Positions 61,954-64,000 of a stretch of DNA of 64,000 nucleotides are shown here, one piece after another. Where the stretch lies: NCBI GenBank assembly GCA_963662315.1, contig OY759353.1, positions 1,888,001-1,952,000 on the forward strand. The letters run 5' to 3'. The notes below the pieces were generated by a model. That model did not search any database, was not told the DNA's origin, and worked only from the letters and a program-made list of their open reading frames with translations. Within the stretch, counting starts at the first letter, position 1. Every line of letters begins with the position of its first letter. The position numbers and the translations under genes were made by a program. This stretch comes from Geopsychrobacteraceae bacterium (GTDB taxonomy: Bacteria; Desulfobacterota; Desulfuromonadia; Desulfuromonadales; Geopsychrobacteraceae).

Positions 61954-62885
61954 GTTGCCATATCAATTCCTCTCTCTGTAATACTGCAGCGACAAAAAAA
62001 GCTGACCGGACGATCCCGATCAGCTTCATTGCTCTATTAATTTATAGTGCTCCACTTCAATGTGAGAAGCGGTATTCTTTCACAGTCTGTCTCCTACTGT
62101 CAAACATGCCCATGCTCACGACCACTTTTTTCCAGGTAGTATTCATAATCCCCTTCGTAGGGGATCATCTGTCCATGATCAATTTCAAACACCCGGGTAA
62201 CCAGGCTGCGCAGAAAATGGCGGTCGTGGCTGACCAGCAACAGGGTTCCGCTAAATTTCTGCAGGGCATCAAGCAGAACTTCCCGCGATTGGATATCAAG
62301 ATGGTTGGTCGGTTCGTCCAGAATCAACAGGTTTAACGGGCGACCAAGCAAGGTCGCCAGAATCAGTCGGGCTTTCTCGCCACCGGAAAGTTTGTCAACC
62401 CGCTTTTCGACATCATCCCCCTGAAACAGAAACGCCGCACAGAGATTACGTAATACGCCAACAGTTGCCTGAGGCAAAGCGTCCTGCACGGTTTCAAAAA
62501 CACTCTTTTTCGGATCAAGCAGTTCCATGGAATGCTGGCTGAAATAACCGCTGAAAACATTGGCGCCGATAACAGCGGAGCCGGAAGTCGGATCGACCTG
62601 TCCGATAATGGTTTTTAGAAAGGTTGATTTACCAGCGCCGTTGACACCGACCACCGCAATTTTATCACCACGCCGGACCATCCCGGAAATACCTGAAAAG
62701 ACCGGCTTTTCACCGCCACCCTCAAGGGGCCAGTTTTTTTCCAGATCCGTAATGGCGATAACATCGTCACCACTGCGTGGCGGTTCGGAAAATTCGAACT
62801 TGATCACCTTCTGCTCCGGCGGCAGTTCAATACGGTCGATCTTTTCCAGCTTTTTCACCCGCGACTGGACCTGAGCGGCATGGGA
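61954..62885. repeat. Right copy of the ~930-bp direct repeat
   Basis: Matches 50994-51927. Confidence 0.95.
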
Positions 62886-63734
62886 AGCTCGGGCAGCAAA
62901 GCGGGCAATAAACTCTTCTTCCTTGGCCAGCATATCCTGCTGACGCTTGTAGCTTGCCTCTAATTGTTCGCGCCGAATTTCACGCTCGCGCAGGTAAAAA
63001 TCGTAATTGCCGCCATAGGTGGTGATGCTGCCACCAGCGACCTCAACAATCCGCGTTACCAGCCGGTTCATAAAGTCACGGTCGTGGCTGGTCATCAGTA
63101 CCGCGCCCTGAAATTCTTCAGCCAGCCAGTTCTCGAGCCAGACAATCGATTCCACATCCAGGTGGTTGGTCGGTTCGTCAAGCAGCAGAACATCGGGGTT
63201 CAGAGTCAGGATTCGGGCCAGAGCAATGCGCATTTTCCAACCGCCACTGAAACTCTCGACCGGACGATCATAATCATCAGGGCCAATTCCCAGACCGGTC
63301 AGGACCGCCTGGGCACGCGGTTCCAGATCATAGCCACCGCGCTGCTCAAATTCATGCTGAGCATCACCATAGCGTTCCAGCAAACGGGTCATGGCATCAT
63401 CGTCCAGCGGCTCACACATCTGAGTTTCCATCTGCCGGATCTGTTCGCCTAAGGCGACGGTCGCTTCTGACGCGGCAATGACTTCTTCCAGGGCGCTGCG
63501 CCCTGACATATCTCCGACATCCTGGGAAAAATAGCCGATAACGGTCTTTTTGGCACAGGAGATATCCCCCGCATCAAGGCTTTCTTCACCGGTGATCAGG
63601 CGAAAGATGGTTGATTTGCCGGCACCATTGGGGCCGACCAGACCTATCCTGCTCCCGGGCAGAATCTGAAAACTGGCATTTTTAAAAAGCACCCGGTTCC
63701 CGTGCTGTTTTGTCATATCGGTTAAATGAATCAT
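62100..63734 (-). CDS. ABC-F family ATPase
   Basis: Two NBDs (GPNGAGKST, FSGGW, DEPTNHLD x2), no TM segments; AAAGGAG RBS before ATG 63734. Confidence 0.93.
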   Translation of the reverse strand: MIHLTDMTKQHGNRVLFKNASFQILPGSRIGLVGPNGAGKSTIFRLITGEESLDAGDISCAKKTVIGYFSQDVGDMSGRSALEEVIAASEATVALGEQIRQMETQMCEPLDDDAMTRLLERYGDAQHEFEQRGGYDLEPRAQAVLTGLGIGPDDYDRPVESFSGGWKMRIALARILTLNPDVLLLDEPTNHLDVESIVWLENWLAEEFQGAVLMTSHDRDFMNRLVTRIVEVAGGSITTYGGNYDFYLREREIRREQLEASYKRQQDMLAKEEEFIARFAARASHAAQVQSRVKKLEKIDRIELPPEQKVIKFEFSEPPRSGDDVIAITDLEKNWPLEGGGEKPVFSGISGMVRRGDKIAVVGVNGAGKSTFLKTIIGQVDPTSGSAVIGANVFSGYFSQHSMELLDPKKSVFETVQDALPQATVGVLRNLCAAFLFQGDDVEKRVDKLSGGEKARLILATLLGRPLNLLILDEPTNHLDIQSREVLLDALQKFSGTLLLVSHDRHFLRSLVTRVFEIDHGQMIPYEGDYEYYLEKSGREHGHV

Positions 63735-63931
63735 GATCTCTCCTTTAGTCAAACCGCTGACCTGTTATCATGGGCAGGAATTCGAGGCAAGTTAAAAACA
63801 TCAGAATCTTTGCACTTTGGCGATGAATCTTCTAAGCTTACGCTCTCTTTAGTTCGCGATTTCAGCATTTAAGCTTTTCTTTTTGGCTTCGTGTCTTCGC
63901 AGCCGATACCAAAGACATAAAGGACATGAGC

Positions 63932-64000
63932 ATGTTAATGATCGGGGTTGATACCGGTGGGACCTTTACCGACTTTATCTGGAAAGATGGCGACCAGTGG
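63932..64000 (+). CDS. Hydantoinase/oxoprolinase family protein, 3' partial
   Basis: MLMIGVDTGGTFTDFI; AAAGGA RBS. Confidence 0.8.
   Translation, partial: MLMIGVDTGGTFTDFIWKDGDQW

Noticed and set aside
1..64000. CRISPR arrays, tRNA/rRNA genes, integrases, integron attC sites
   Set aside because: None seen; the 135-bp element lacks the RYYYAAC/GTTRRRY attC cores

Overview
Bacterial chromosome segment, most likely from a Desulfuromonadales-type deltaproteobacterium (inferred from gene content and protein styles). A housekeeping core (his operon, murA, prmC-prfA, rpmE, rho, gluQ, amt, SAM-I riboswitch-metX, a divergent EF-G paralog) lies between two orphan T6SS polymorphic-toxin loci whose vgrG-FIX N-termini form ~3.1-kb near-identical inverted repeats 54 kb apart. 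Left locus: VgrG-FIX-RES toxin plus immunity, then an orphan toxin stub with immunity and two 5'-truncated cassettes (TNT/Imm59-like; R-S-E ADP-ribosyltransferase/ADP-ribosylhydrolase), so all three intact tips use NAD+ chemistry. Right locus: VgrG-FIX-RHS toxin plus immunity, a truncated IS3 and pentapeptide-repeat genes, inside ~930-bp direct repeats of an ABC-F 3' end. A 10-gene operon (10.9-23.5 kb) combines an RsbU/RsbW/RsbV-type partner-switching module with four transport systems, two of which carry degenerate RsbW-like C-terminal domains and one a STAS domain; its divergent promoter has paired OmpR-type boxes. Also found outside the ORF track: a 52-aa Cys-rich microprotein ending in a beta-clamp-like motif, and a candidate sRNA downstream of amt. 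Family names come from motif recognition, not database searches.
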